Shown: positions 41,593 through 54,983, counted from the stretch's first letter. The stretch is 64,000 nucleotides of DNA from Gemmatimonadales bacterium (GCA_036555275.1 DATBLR010000073.1:1079-65078), one strand, 5' to 3'. Notes: a model not told the origin generated them from the letters alone. A program made the numbers and translations.

Positions 41593-42981
41593 GTGCACAC
41601 CCGTCCCTTGGTGGCCCTGGCAGCGGCGCTTGCGCTCGCCTGCCATTCCAGCACCCCGACACACACCCGCGGTCTCTCTGTCGCCTCGACCACTCCGCCT
41701 TCGAGCCTTCTTCGGCTTTCCGGCGCGGGCGACACCGCGGAGCTGTATCACCTTCCCCGACTGGAACGATGGGATTGGAGGTCGACCGCGACGCTCCCGC
41801 CGGTCCGGCGGGCCATCGGCGCCGACCTGGACCTCGGGCTGGTCTACGCCCTGGACACCAAGAGCGAAGTGCTCGCCTTCGATCTGCAGACCGCCCGCCC
41901 CAGGCCGCAGCTGCTCACCGACGTACGTGACGTTACCGTCGGGCCTGACGGGACCCTCTTCACCATCGATGACAGCCTCCGGGCAACCCAGTTCATCCGG
42001 CGCAACCCGTTACGGTTCCCCTCGAAGCTGGCGGCCCGGCCGCGCGATCTGTTCGGGACCCGAACCGCGGCGTTGCTGGCCATCTCCTCGGGAGCCCGCA
42101 CCACTCTCACCCTTCTCCGCGCCGCGGAGCAGCCGGTGGAAGCCGCCCTCCCCTCCGGCGATGCGGCGGCCACGTTCTGGGGCGACCTGCTCGCGATCGC
42201 GGCGGACACCGCGGTGGTCCTGGTTGATCCCGATCAGCCTGACCGACCCGTGGCGCTGCCGGTCAAGGGCCATGCCCGAGCGGTGGTGTTCTCTCCATCG
42301 GGACATCGCCTTTACGTGGCTCGACGGGAAGGACCGATCCTGGTCTACAACCGGTTTACTCGTGAAAGGATCGGGGAGATCGAACTGCCGGGTACCGCCG
42401 GCGCGCTGCGGGCGGACCCGTTTGGGCGCTGGCTCCTGGTGCATCCGCCGGACGCGGATTCGCTGTGGCTGGTGGACCTGGCGCGCAACCGCTTCGTGGG
42501 TGGGTTCGCGACCAATTGGGCTCCCGATCTGCCGACGGTCACCAATCAGCAGACCCTGCTCGTCAAGGAGGGTCGCGATGTCGTCGCGTACGACCTCACC
42601 AAGCCCGACGCTCCCGAGACCGGCCGGGTGCGCGGCGGGGCGGCCGACACCTGGCTGCCGCTCGCCTGGACACCCGAGACCGGCACTGCCATCGCCCTGT
42701 CCGACGAGACCAGCCCGGACACGGCCGCCAGCCAAGGGACCGATCTCGACCCGACCGGCTCGAAGGTCTACCTTCAGGTCTCCAGCTCCCAGAATCGCTC
42801 CTGGTCGGCCGAGTTGGCCAGTCAGCTCGCCCAGCAGGGACTGCCCGCCAAGGTGCTGGACCCGCGGCCCGGGGAGGATGGATTCCGCGTCGTCCTTGGG
42901 CCGTACCCCAGCCGCCCGGCGGCCGAAACCACAGGCAAGCGCCTGGGTCGACCCTACTTCATCTATCAACCCGATCGCTGA
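41593..42981 (+). CDS. Lipoprotein with beta-propeller-like region and C-terminal SPOR (peptidoglycan-binding) domain
   Basis: It has a GTG start and the signal HTRPLVALAAALALAC (lipobox). The C-terminus (KVYLQVSSSQNRSWSAELASQLAQQGLPAKVLD...FRVVLGPYPSRPAAETTGKRLG) is SPOR-like. I chose it over the overlapping Pro/Arg-rich 41510..43000 frame. Confidence 0.7.
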   Translation: MHTRPLVALAAALALACHSSTPTHTRGLSVASTTPPSSLLRLSGAGDTAELYHLPRLERWDWRSTATLPPVRRAIGADLDLGLVYALDTKSEVLAFDLQTARPRPQLLTDVRDVTVGPDGTLFTIDDSLRATQFIRRNPLRFPSKLAARPRDLFGTRTAALLAISSGARTTLTLLRAAEQPVEAALPSGDAAATFWGDLLAIAADTAVVLVDPDQPDRPVALPVKGHARAVVFSPSGHRLYVARREGPILVYNRFTRERIGEIELPGTAGALRADPFGRWLLVHPPDADSLWLVDLARNRFVGGFATNWAPDLPTVTNQQTLLVKEGRDVVAYDLTKPDAPETGRVRGGAADTWLPLAWTPETGTAIALSDETSPDTAASQGTDLDPTGSKVYLQVSSSQNRSWSAELASQLAQQGLPAKVLDPRPGEDGFRVVLGPYPSRPAAETTGKRLGRPYFIYQPDR

Positions 42982-42996
42982 AGAGGATCCTCCAGC

Positions 42997-46467
<3,471 letters not shown>

Positions 46468-46479
46468 TGATGAAGATCA

Positions 46480-46551
46480 GAGGGCAAGAGGACGAGATGA
46501 CAGGAGGATGGCACTTCTCGCACGTCCTCTCGTCCTCCCGTCCTCTAGCCC
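46480..46551. repeat. Imperfect inverted pair of RGAGGACG-type 8-mer repeats (element E)
   Basis: The left arm (46480..46508) is gagggcaagaggacgagatgacaggagga. The reverse complement of the right arm (46516..46551) reads gggctagaggacgggaggacgagaggacg. The outer 15 nt pair at 13 of 15 positions. It lies between the smc stop (46467) and the DAHP synthase ATG (46571). Confidence 0.7.
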
Positions 46552-46570
46552 CATTCCCGAAAGCCACTCC

Positions 46571-47611
46571 ATGCTGATCGTCATGCACACCGAGGCGACC
46601 GACGAGCAGATCCGTCGGGTTTGCGACACCATTCAGGAGATGGGGTACACGGCCAGGCCCATGCCGGGCAAGCAGCGCACCACCGTTGGTCTGGTTGGCA
46701 ACGATGGCCGGGTCGATGGCTCGCGACTGGAGGGTTTGCCCGGTGTCCAGGAAATCATCCACGTCTCCAAGCCGTACAAGCAGGTATCGCGCGAGTGGAA
46801 ACCGGAGTCGACCGTCGTTCGGCTGCCGGGCGGCATCGCGATCGGTGGCGAGGAAGTCGTCGTCATGGCGGGCCCCTGCTCCGTGGAAACGGAGCGCCAG
46901 ATTCTCACCGCCGCGGTCCAGGTCAGGGATGCCGGGGCCGCCGTGCTGCGCGCCGGGGCCTTCAAGCCGCGGTCTTCGCCGTACTCGTTCCAGGGACTCG
47001 GGGTCGAGGGCCTCCGGCTGCTGGCGCGCGCCCGGGAGGAAACCGGGCTCCTGGTGGTCACAGAGGCGATGGACGCCGAAGGGGCGGATCAGGTTGCGGA
47101 GGTCGCCGACATCATCCAGATCGGCGCCCGCAACATGCAGAATTATTCGCTGCTCAAGAAGGTAGGCCGGATCGACAAGCCGGTGCTGCTCAAGCGCGGC
47201 CTCTCCGCAACGATTCAGGAGCTGTTGCTGTCCGCGGAATATGTCCTCGCCGAGGGCAATCCCAATGTGATCCTCTGCGAGCGCGGGGTGCGCAGTTTCG
47301 ATTCCGCAACCCGCAACCTGCTCGATCTCTCGGCGATCCCCTTCGTGAAGACCGTTTCCCATCTGCCTATCGTTGCCGACCCCAGCCATGGCACCGGCCA
47401 CCGGGAAATGGTGATTCCGATGGCCCGGGCGGCGGTGGCGGCCGGTGCCGACGGCCTGCTTGTCGAAGTGCATCCCCATCCCGACCGCGCCCTGAGCGAC
47501 GGGGCGCAGAGCCTCTACCCGGACCAGTTCGCCCGGCTGATGAAGGAAACCCGCATCATCGCCGAGGCCATCGGGCGGAGGATCGCAGTGCCGGCAGGGG
47601 TGAAGGCATGA
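46571..47611 (+). CDS. 3-deoxy-7-phosphoheptulonate (DAHP) synthase, type I-beta with N-terminal regulatory domain
   Basis: The core has VMAGPCSVE...[19 protein letters not shown]...[10 protein letters not shown]...KRG...ADPSHGTG..., the KDO8P/DAHPS I-beta pattern. A roughly 65-aa N-terminal ferredoxin/ACT-like extension ([26 protein letters not shown]) resembles the Thermotoga-type enzymes. Confidence 0.88.
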   Translation: MLIVMHTEATDEQIRRVCDTIQEMGYTARPMPGKQRTTVGLVGNDGRVDGSRLEGLPGVQEIIHVSKPYKQVSREWKPESTVVRLPGGIAIGGEEVVVMAGPCSVETERQILTAAVQVRDAGAAVLRAGAFKPRSSPYSFQGLGVEGLRLLARAREETGLLVVTEAMDAEGADQVAEVADIIQIGARNMQNYSLLKKVGRIDKPVLLKRGLSATIQELLLSAEYVLAEGNPNVILCERGVRSFDSATRNLLDLSAIPFVKTVSHLPIVADPSHGTGHREMVIPMARAAVAAGADGLLVEVHPHPDRALSDGAQSLYPDQFARLMKETRIIAEAIGRRIAVPAGVKA

Positions 47612-48312
47612 AGGGCGGACCGACGGAAAGGCGGACCGGCGGAGCTGAGTCGACGGTATTCATGGCCCTTCTCCTGCCGGCGGTGCTGTCCGCCCATCCG
47701 CCCGTCCGCTGGTCCGTGCAGGAGCCCGACGCCACAGCTCTCATCGCCCGGGCAGCCGAAAAGTATCGGTCCATCGGATCCTTCCAAGCTGACTTTCGCC
47801 AGGTGATCGATGATCCGATGATCGGGGCGTACACCAGTCAGGGCACGCTGGTACAGGCCGGGGAGTCGAAGCTCGCGATGCGCTTCACCGACCCCAAGGG
47901 CGATGCGATCGTGATGGATGGGGAGCATATCTGGGTGTATACCCCAAGCACGACTCCCGGGCAGGTTCTGAGGCTCCCAATGCCCAGCGATCCGACCTAC
48001 GGTCCCAACGTACTGGCGTGGATTCTCACCAACCCTACCACGCGCTACCGAGGCCGCTATCTCAGGTCCGATGCGGTTGGCGGAAGGGCGGCGGATGTTA
48101 TCCTGCTCACCCCGGTGGATCCCTCGCTGCCGTTCACGGAAGCGGTGGTGTGGCTGGACCAGTTCGACAACCTGCCCCGTCGTCTCGAGGTTCGTGAGCG
48201 CGGCGGTCAGCGGCGAACTCTGAGCTTTACCGGGGTGGAGACTACGCGACCGACGGGGCCCGACACCTTTCGTTTCGACGTCCCTCCGGGAATCCGGATC
48301 GTAGATCAATAG
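47608..48312 (+). CDS. lolA: LolA-like outer-membrane lipoprotein carrier protein
   Basis: It has a signal-like N-terminus. The core has [10 protein letters not shown]...[15 protein letters not shown]...[10 protein letters not shown]...[16 protein letters not shown], as in the LolA family. The start forms an ATGA overlap with the DAHP synthase gene. Confidence 0.65.
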   Translation: MKGGPTERRTGGAESTVFMALLLPAVLSAHPPVRWSVQEPDATALIARAAEKYRSIGSFQADFRQVIDDPMIGAYTSQGTLVQAGESKLAMRFTDPKGDAIVMDGEHIWVYTPSTTPGQVLRLPMPSDPTYGPNVLAWILTNPTTRYRGRYLRSDAVGGRAADVILLTPVDPSLPFTEAVVWLDQFDNLPRRLEVRERGGQRRTLSFTGVETTRPTGPDTFRFDVPPGIRIVDQ

Positions 48313-49115
48313 TCGCGAAGCACCCGCTCCACTTCGACCGCCCGGGCGGGCTCGAGTCCCGCCTCCCGAGCGAGGGTGAGCGCCTGCAGGCCGAGGCGGG
48401 CGTACAGCTCCCGGTCTTCCGGCTGGAGCGCCTCCAGGTGGGCGCGAATGGTGGCCACGTCTCCCCGCCGCACCGGCCCGGTCAGCGCTTCAGCAGGCGA
48501 CTGCCGTTCCAGGCTGGCGGCAACTCCCCGAACCAGTGGCAGGTACATCTGTCCGGCCAGCGCTCCGGGGACGCCTGCGGCTTCCGCGATCCGCCCGGCC
48601 ATTGCAGTGAGGGCAACCACATAGTTGGAGGCGATGACGGCGGCGGCATGGTAGGCAGCCTTGGCGCCGGCGGCCAGCCGCACCGCCGTGAGCCCAAGCA
48701 GCGCCGCCAACCGTTCCGCCTCGGCGATCGCCCGGCGGTCCCCTTCCACGGCGGCGAACGCGCCGCTCCACCGGGCGGCGGCGGTCTCCGGCTCGGAAAT
48801 CGCCTGGAGCGGATGGATGGAACCGAGCGCAGCGCCGCAACGCTCAAGCGGCCGGAGCGCGCGGGCATCGAGGAGACCGGAGAGGTGGAGGACGACCTGC
48901 GACGATTCGATGGCGCGCCGCTCCGCCAGCTCGGCGGCCACATCGGTGATGGCATCGTCCGGGACGGCGAGGAGCACCGTGTGGGCACCGGACAGCGCCT
49001 CGGACACTGAGATCGTTGCCTCCCGCCGCGACCACAGGGTAACCCGTTGGCCCGCTCCACTCAGCGCCTGCGCCAGACCGCGTCCCATCCTGCCCCCACC
49101 CACGATCGCGATCAT
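48306..49115 (-). CDS. Rossmann-like / DUF2520 domain-containing putative oxidoreductase
   Basis: The N-terminus is MIAIVGGGRMGRGLAQAL (a GxGxxG Rossmann motif). The C-terminus has LTGPVRRGDVATIRAHLEAL, characteristic of DUF2520 proteins. Confidence 0.7.
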   Translation of the reverse strand: MIAIVGGGRMGRGLAQALSGAGQRVTLWSRREATISVSEALSGAHTVLLAVPDDAITDVAAELAERRAIESSQVVLHLSGLLDARALRPLERCGAALGSIHPLQAISEPETAAARWSGAFAAVEGDRRAIAEAERLAALLGLTAVRLAAGAKAAYHAAAVIASNYVVALTAMAGRIAEAAGVPGALAGQMYLPLVRGVAASLERQSPAEALTGPVRRGDVATIRAHLEALQPEDRELYARLGLQALTLAREAGLEPARAVEVERVLRDY

Positions 49116-49118
49116 CCG

Positions 49119-49895
49119 CTATCTCCGGACCCACGACCATAGAATCGCCCCCGCCAGGATCGCGAAGGTGAAGGCAAACAGATGGTACAGGGTCACCGAG
49201 CTCGAGCGCCGATTCACCCGGACGCCGAGCGGCACCGTGACGACGGCTCCGGCGGCGAGAGCCAGTGCCATCCGGAGATCGACAAATCCGGCCATCCACG
49301 GGGAGAGCGGCGGTGCGGCGGCGGCGGTGAGGTAGGCGAGGCCGCCAGACAGTGTGGTGAGGCATACGCCCGCGAGAGCAGTCGGGGCCACCGCCCTGAC
49401 CGGGAGCCGCCCGACATAGAGGAGGGCGGGCACCGCGATCAGACCACCGCCGATACCCAGCAGTGCCGACATCGCGCCTCCCAGAAGCCCGATGCCGCCG
49501 AGCCAGGCCCATGAGTGAGGCGCTTGCGGCGGATCGGGATCTGGTTGCTGGGGACTCCTTGCCCGACGCGCGAGGTCCCATGCCGAGGCCAGCAGGAACA
49601 GGCCGAAGGCGGCGCGAACCCAATGCGCACCTCCCGCCCTGGTCAGAATGCGGGCCGTGAGAAACGCGGAGGCGATTCCGGGCAAGGAGTAGACCAGGGC
49701 GGGGAGCCAGAGGATGGCCCGGGCTGCAGCATAGCGCCACGTACCCACGCTGGCGGCCACAAATGCAACGCCCAGACTAGTGGCGTGGGCTACCAGAGTC
49801 TGGGCGGAAACCGATGCCCCGGTAGGGGCGTAGACCAGGTATAGGAACGGCACCATCAGGACCCCGCCGCCGATCCCCGCCACGGCGGAGATCAC
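49119..49895 (-). CDS. TauE/SafE family sulfite/anion exporter (5' end uncertain)
   Basis: It is a multi-pass membrane protein with two GIGGG motifs (AVAGIGGGVLMVP and LLGIGGGLIAVP) typical of TauE/SafE. The first canonical start is the GTG at 49895. The 19 in-frame codons upstream (PIAPALEVPAGFATGLAVG) look like the missing part of TM1 but contain no ATG/GTG/TTG. Confidence 0.75.
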   Translation of the reverse strand: MISAVAGIGGGVLMVPFLYLVYAPTGASVSAQTLVAHATSLGVAFVAASVGTWRYAAARAILWLPALVYSLPGIASAFLTARILTRAGGAHWVRAAFGLFLLASAWDLARRARSPQQPDPDPPQAPHSWAWLGGIGLLGGAMSALLGIGGGLIAVPALLYVGRLPVRAVAPTALAGVCLTTLSGGLAYLTAAAAPPLSPWMAGFVDLRMALALAAGAVVTVPLGVRVNRRSSSVTLYHLFAFTFAILAGAILWSWVRR

Positions 49896-49952
49896 GCCGA
49901 CCGCGAGACCGGTGGCGAACCCGGCAGGAACCTCGAGGGCTGGTGCGATCGG

Positions 49953-51584
49953 CTAGTTTCTCCGCGCCGACCCGCCCGACGCCTCCCCCATGGCCAGGGA
50001 CAACAGCTCCTTGGGCGACTGGGCCCGGTGGAGCAGATCGATTGCCGCCTGCATCTGCCGGTCGTCGCGGGCGCGCCGACGGAATTCCGCCGGGCGGCCA
50101 AAGGCATACCGCGCCACCTCGTAGCCCAGCTGCTCGTCCACCAGCGCCTGACCGTTGCGATAGTCCTCGTCGGAGATCTGTACTCCCTTGGCTCGCATGC
50201 GTCGGAGCACATCGGCGCGCATGGCGGGGCTGATGGTGAAGTCCTCGCTGGTTACCGACTTGTCGTTCTTGATCTGCAGCGCGGTGCTGGTCAGCGCGTC
50301 GCGGTATTCCGAGAACCTGGAGGCCAGCGCACTCGCGAACGCCCGCTCGGAGCTGGTGAGGCTGTCCTGGCGGACGATCAGATCCGGCACGATTCCACCG
50401 CCACCCCGAACCAGGCGGCCGGCGTCCGTCTTGTAGACCGGCCGGGCCGCGCTGTCGGCGGCCAGGGAATCGCGCACACCGTCCGCCTCGTTGGCGGCCT
50501 GGCGGACCTGGTCTTCTTCGTTCCGGGCCGTGCGCTGGATAGTCCGCCCGCTCGGCGTGTACCACCGTCCCGTGGTCAGCTTGAGGGCGGTGTTGTCGGA
50601 GAAGGGAAACAGGGTCTGTACCAGGCCCTTCCCGAAAGTGGGGACGCCCACGACCACGGCGCGATCATGGTCCTGCAGGGCCCCGGAGATGATCTCCGCG
50701 GCGCTCGCCGTGCCATCGTTGACCAGTACCACGATGGGCAGGTTCGGCCATTCCTGCTTGGCCACGTCGACGAAGGCCTTGGTCGCTCCTCTGGCGCGAC
50801 CCCGGGTCGCGACGATCTCCTGGCTTTTATCGAGGAACAGATCCGTGACTTTCACGCCCTGATCCAGCAGCCCGCCCGGGTTGCCACGAAGGTCGAGAAT
50901 GAGGCTCTTCATCCCCTTGCCCAGCAGCGCGGTGATTTCGGCCCGCAGCTCCTGGGTGGAGCTCTCCGCCACCGGGCTCAGCGATATGTATCCGATGCCT
51001 CCGGAGAACAGATTTCCCGGCGGGACCGATCGTACATGGATTGTTGAACGGGTGAGACGGTACACCACCGGCTGGGAGATGCCGGTACGATGGACCCTAA
51101 GCTCCACCTCACTGCCCGGGGCCCCTCTCAGCGCCTTGACCGCCTGCTCGCTGTTCCATCCCTCCGTGGACTTCCCATCTACGGCGATGATCTGGTCCCC
51201 CGTCTCGACGCCTGCGCGCTCCGCGGGCGTCTCCGGGAGCGGGGCGACGACGGTGATCCAGCCATCGCGGACATCAATCTGAATGCCCAGACCACCGTAG
51301 TTCCCGGTCGTCGTCTCGGTCAGCTGCTTGTAGTCATCGTTCTGCAGCAGGACGGAGTATGGGTCCTTGAGCTGCTCGAGCAGACCGTTGGTGGCCTTCT
51401 GGTACAGCTCGCCCTGGGGGATCGAGTCCACATAGTAGGCGCTGACGTGCGAGAGCACATCATCGAACAACCGGGCCTGCTGGTAGACCTCGCCATCCCG
51501 TGCCGCGCCGCGTTGCAGCAACCAGCCACCGGTGAAGAAGGAAAGGATCGCGACCATCGCGATCAGACCCCATCGTTGACGCAT
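49953..51584 (-). CDS. Carboxy-terminal processing protease (S41 family)
   Basis: It has an N-terminal anchor (WGLIAMVAILSFFTGGWLL) and a PDZ domain (GLGIQIDVRDGWITVVAPLPETPAERAGVETGDQIIAVDG). The catalytic region has LDLRGNPGGLL...NDGTASAAEI...VVGVPTFGKG. I chose the ATG at 51584, which has GGAGGG upstream. Confidence 0.88.
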   Translation of the reverse strand: MRQRWGLIAMVAILSFFTGGWLLQRGAARDGEVYQQARLFDDVLSHVSAYYVDSIPQGELYQKATNGLLEQLKDPYSVLLQNDDYKQLTETTTGNYGGLGIQIDVRDGWITVVAPLPETPAERAGVETGDQIIAVDGKSTEGWNSEQAVKALRGAPGSEVELRVHRTGISQPVVYRLTRSTIHVRSVPPGNLFSGGIGYISLSPVAESSTQELRAEITALLGKGMKSLILDLRGNPGGLLDQGVKVTDLFLDKSQEIVATRGRARGATKAFVDVAKQEWPNLPIVVLVNDGTASAAEIISGALQDHDRAVVVGVPTFGKGLVQTLFPFSDNTALKLTTGRWYTPSGRTIQRTARNEEDQVRQAANEADGVRDSLAADSAARPVYKTDAGRLVRGGGGIVPDLIVRQDSLTSSERAFASALASRFSEYRDALTSTALQIKNDKSVTSEDFTISPAMRADVLRRMRAKGVQISDEDYRNGQALVDEQLGYEVARYAFGRPAEFRRRARDDRQMQAAIDLLHRAQSPKELLSLAMGEASGGSARRN

Positions 51585-51649
51585 GTTTCCCTCCATCTGG
51601 CGTGCCCTTCGGGACGGCCCCGACCGGGACTGGACCCCGGATCTGGAAG

Positions 51650-52288
51650 CTAATCGCGACCGGTCAGACGCGCGCCCGGCCGCCGCGCTCCCACCTCCGA
51701 CCACGCTGCCCGCAAGACCTGTTCCGGGGGCTGAGTTGCGTCCAGATGGACGATCCCGGGTCCGGTCGCCGCCTGAAAGACTCCCGCAACCCGGTCGTGA
51801 AAGGCCCGGCCGGCCTGCTCAATCCGGTCGAGTGACTGACCGCTCCGGCGGATCCGGGTAAGGCCGAGCGCCGGAGGAAGATCGAGCACCAGAGTAAGAT
51901 CCGGCTGCAACCCACCCGTCGCCGCCCGATTGGCCTCCGAAACCAGGGTTCGGTCCAGCCCCCGGCCCCCACATTGGTAGGCCTCCGTGGACAACTCGAA
52001 ACGGTCCGCCAGCACCGTTCGGCCGGCCGCCAGCGCGGGGCCGATGATTTTGGCAACCAGGTCCGCCCTGGCGGCCAGGAACAGGAACAGCTCGGCGACC
52101 GGGCTCACCGGGTGTTGCGGATCGAGCAGGATCTCACGCACCCGCTCGGCCGCCGGAGTGCCGCCGGGCTCCCGAACCAGCTCCGGCTCCACGCCGCTGG
52201 CGCGGAACTCCCCGGCCAGTGCCGCAGCCAGCGTCGTCTTGCCCGCCCCTTCGGGACCCTCGATGACGACGAAGAACCCGGCGGTCAT
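51650..52288 (-). CDS. tmk: Thymidylate kinase
   Basis: FFVVIEGPEGAGKTT (P-loop)...REPGGT...DRF...S..AYQ are canonical Tmk motifs. The ATG forms an ATGA overlap with the upstream gene. Confidence 0.92.
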   Translation of the reverse strand: MTAGFFVVIEGPEGAGKTTLAAALAGEFRASGVEPELVREPGGTPAAERVREILLDPQHPVSPVAELFLFLAARADLVAKIIGPALAAGRTVLADRFELSTEAYQCGGRGLDRTLVSEANRAATGGLQPDLTLVLDLPPALGLTRIRRSGQSLDRIEQAGRAFHDRVAGVFQAATGPGIVHLDATQPPEQVLRAAWSEVGARRPGARLTGRD

Positions 52289-52638
52289 CCGAGGGTGATG
52301 ATGTTGCTCGTGGCGCCCTTCTCCATGCCCTGGGCAATCTGCTGATTCACCCGGATCATGACCTTCTCGAAGTTCGCCCGGGCCACGGCGTAGGCCTGAC
52401 CGGTGGGACTCACTTCCAGATCGCGCACCGCAGTCTCGTACTGCTCCGCCGAGGCCTGATCGGGCATCTGCCCCGCCGCCACCAGCTCGTCCATCTGACG
52501 CGCGAGGTTCTGAATCAGGTCCACCTTGGCCTGGGCATCCTGGTCATCCCGCAGACTGGCCTCGGCCCGCCGGAGCGCCTTGTATTCCGGTGTCTGGCCG
52601 ATGAGCCGTCCCAGTTCCTCCGCCTTATCCCAGATCAC
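52285..52638 (-). CDS. YlbF/YmcA-like (UPF0342) helical protein
   Basis: 117 aa, all-helical. AEELGRLIGQTPEYKALRRAE...AKVDLIQNLARQMDEL...ANFEKVMIRVNQQI resembles the YlbF family. It has a GTG start with a GTGA overlap. Confidence 0.5.
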   Translation of the reverse strand: MIWDKAEELGRLIGQTPEYKALRRAEASLRDDQDAQAKVDLIQNLARQMDELVAAGQMPDQASAEQYETAVRDLEVSPTGQAYAVARANFEKVMIRVNQQIAQGMEKGATSNIITLG

Positions 52639-53540
52639 ACCACCTCGCTCCTCCGCGCGAGCAGGTATCGCGCGCGGCCGAAAAGGTCATCGTGGACGGT
52701 CACTTCATTCCATCCCGCTGCAACCGCCACGCGCGCCGTTTCCCCGGCCCGTGTGGCGTCGAGCTCAAGCGCCAGCAGGCCCCCCAGGCGCACCACGCGG
52801 AGCGACTGCTCCGCCAGCCGGCGCGTCGCACCGAGTCCGTCGGGGCCTCCAACCAGAGCCTCGCTGGGTTCCCACGACAGCACGGAGGGGTCCAGATGCT
52901 GGTACTCCTCCTCGGTAAGATACGGAGGGTTGGACACGACGGCGTCGAGGCTGTTGTCGCCGAACGGGGTCAGCAGGTCGCCCGCCACCAGCTCGATGCC
53001 GAGCCCGGTCACCTGCCGGTTCTCCCAGGCCAGGGACAGGGCGACCGGACTGCGATCGACCCCGACCACCAAGTCATACCTGCCTTCCTCCGCCAAAGAC
53101 AAGGCGATGCACCCGGAACCTGTCCCGATATCAGCGACCCGGCCCCCGGGCACGGCCACGGCGAGCACCAGCTCGACCAGCCCCTCGGTCTCCGGCCGCG
53201 GGATGAGGGCACGCCGGTCGCTTCGCAGTATGAGCTGCCGGAAGCCGGCCGTGCCGGTCACGTAGCACAGGGGCTCCCCGGCAGCGCGGCGATCCACCGC
53301 GCGCCGAAAACGCTCCGCGTCATCCGCCGGGATGATTTTGTCGGAAAAGGCGGAGCCGGCGTAGGGCTGTTGTCCCTGCAAATCAGACCAAATGCGCCAG
53401 GCCTCGCGCTTCGGTTCGGCGACACCCGCGGCTTCCAGCCGACGGCCAGCATGGGTCAGGAGGCGATCCACGGTGACGCCGGCCTCAGCCACCGAGCTGC
53501 TCCTGCCGGCTGGCCATACGGAGGGCGTCCACCAATTCAT
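52635..53540 (-). CDS. prmC: Release factor glutamine N5-methyltransferase PrmC (HemK)
   Basis: EPLCYVTGTAGF, IPRPETE, VADIGTGSGCIAL and VVSNPPYL (NPPY motif) are present. The start is either the ATG at 53540 or the GTG at 53492. Both overlap the prfA 3' end. Confidence 0.88.
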   Translation of the reverse strand: MNWWTPSVWPAGRSSSVAEAGVTVDRLLTHAGRRLEAAGVAEPKREAWRIWSDLQGQQPYAGSAFSDKIIPADDAERFRRAVDRRAAGEPLCYVTGTAGFRQLILRSDRRALIPRPETEGLVELVLAVAVPGGRVADIGTGSGCIALSLAEEGRYDLVVGVDRSPVALSLAWENRQVTGLGIELVAGDLLTPFGDNSLDAVVSNPPYLTEEEYQHLDPSVLSWEPSEALVGGPDGLGATRRLAEQSLRVVRLGGLLALELDATRAGETARVAVAAGWNEVTVHDDLFGRARYLLARRSEVV

Positions 53541-54543
53541 CCAGCCGGCCGTCCAGCACCTCCTGCAGGTTGTGCACGGAGAGGTTGATCCGGTGATCGG
53601 TGATCCGGCTCTGGGGATAGTTATAGGTCCGGATCTTGGCGGAGCGGTCGCCGGTGCCGACCATGGCCCGGCGGTCCCGCGCCCGCGCGGCCTCCTGCTC
53701 TGCGATCACCCGGTCGAGCAGCCGGGCCCGCAGGACCTCCATCGCCTTGAGTTTGTTCTGCAGCTGCGACTTCTGATCCTGCTGCGAAACGACCAGACCG
53801 GTTGGCAGGTGAGTGATCCGGACCGCGCTGTCGGTGGTGTTCACGCTCTGTCCGCCAGGACCGGACGAGCGAAAGACGTCGATCTTCAGATCGGCGGGCG
53901 CGATGACGACATCTACCTCCTCCGCCTCCGGCAGCACCGCAACGGTCGCGGCGGAGGTGTGAATCCGGCCGCCGGCTTCGGTAGCGGGGACCCGCTGCAC
54001 CCGGTGTACGCCGGCCTCCCGCCGCAGCCGCCCGAAGGACTCGGAGCCGCGAACCGCGAAGACCACCTCCTTGATGCCCCCGGAGGTGCCGTCGCTCAAG
54101 GAGATGACCTCGACCGCCAATCCCTTACGCTGCGCGTACCGCTGGTACATGCGGTACAAGTCCGCGGCGAACAGCGCCGCCTCGTCGCCACCCGTCCCGG
54201 CCCGGATCTCGACAATGGCGTCCCGGTCGTCGAGGGGGTCACGGGGCAGCAGCAGCTCGTGGAGCTCGGCCTCGAGGGAGCCGATCTCGGCGGGCAGTCG
54301 GTCCAGATCGGCCCGTGCCAGCGCCGCCAGCTCGGGATCCGGCTCCAGGGCCATTTCCCGAGCCTGTTCAAGCTCGTGCTGCAATCGGTGAAGGCGCTGA
54401 GCAGTTTGGACGACGGGCGCCAGCCGGGTGTGTTCCCGTCCCAGCGCCCGAAGTTTCGACTGGTCCCCTGCGGTCGAGGGGTCGGCCAGCGCCTTGGCGA
54501 CCTCCTCCGCTCGGGCCAGGGCCTGGCGGAGTCGGGCCTCCAT
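53485..54543 (-). CDS. prfA: Peptide chain release factor 1
   Basis: It has PATEAGGRIHTS (PxT-type tripeptide region) and RSSGPGGQSVNTTDSAVRITHLPTG (GGQ motif). The length is 352 aa. Confidence 0.95.
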   Translation of the reverse strand: MEARLRQALARAEEVAKALADPSTAGDQSKLRALGREHTRLAPVVQTAQRLHRLQHELEQAREMALEPDPELAALARADLDRLPAEIGSLEAELHELLLPRDPLDDRDAIVEIRAGTGGDEAALFAADLYRMYQRYAQRKGLAVEVISLSDGTSGGIKEVVFAVRGSESFGRLRREAGVHRVQRVPATEAGGRIHTSAATVAVLPEAEEVDVVIAPADLKIDVFRSSGPGGQSVNTTDSAVRITHLPTGLVVSQQDQKSQLQNKLKAMEVLRARLLDRVIAEQEAARARDRRAMVGTGDRSAKIRTYNYPQSRITDHRINLSVHNLQEVLDGRLDELVDALRMASRQEQLGG

Positions 54544-54546
54544 GGC

Positions 54547-54771
54547 TCAGCCCTGGGTCGCGCCGGATGGCTTGTCGGCGGCGTACTTCTTCCGGAAGCG
54601 ATCCACTCGGCCCTGGGTATCTACCAGCCGCTGCTTCCCGGTGAAATACGGGTGGCACTTCGCGCAGATCTCGACGTGCACGTTGGGGCTGGTCGAGCGA
54701 GTCTCGAACTGATTCCCGCACGCGCACTGCACCATCACTTTGTGATACATCGGGTGGAGGTTGGCCTTCAC
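54547..54771 (-). CDS. rpmE: 50S ribosomal protein L31
   Basis: The GTG at 54771 is preceded by GAGGAGAAG. (M)[26 protein letters not shown]...[16 protein letters not shown] is the canonical Zn-ribbon form. Confidence 0.92.
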   Translation of the reverse strand: MKANLHPMYHKVMVQCACGNQFETRSTSPNVHVEICAKCHPYFTGKQRLVDTQGRVDRFRKKYAADKPSGATQG

Positions 54772-54920
54772 TGTCTTCTCCTCAAATGGATAAACCTCGC
54801 CGGCGAAGCCTGGATTTCCCTGGCGTGCCGAGCCAGCCAATATACCTGCCTCGCGGTCCCTTCATCAACCATCCGGAAACCAGCCGCTTCCGGCAGGCCG
54901 GCGGATCCGGCGGGGGTGGT

Positions 54921-54964
54921 TTGACACGGGGGCGGTGGCATAACTATCGTATTTACCGATACTT
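54921..54964 (+). promoter_or_regulatory. Candidate promoter plus overlapping palindromic operator upstream of the Crp-family gene
   Basis: TTGACA (54921..54926), an 18-nt spacer, then TATCGT (54945..54950). The imperfect palindrome AACTATCG-N7-CGATACTT (54942..54964) overlaps the -10 box. Confidence 0.3.
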
Positions 54965-54983
54965 CCATCACATCGAGGGCCCC

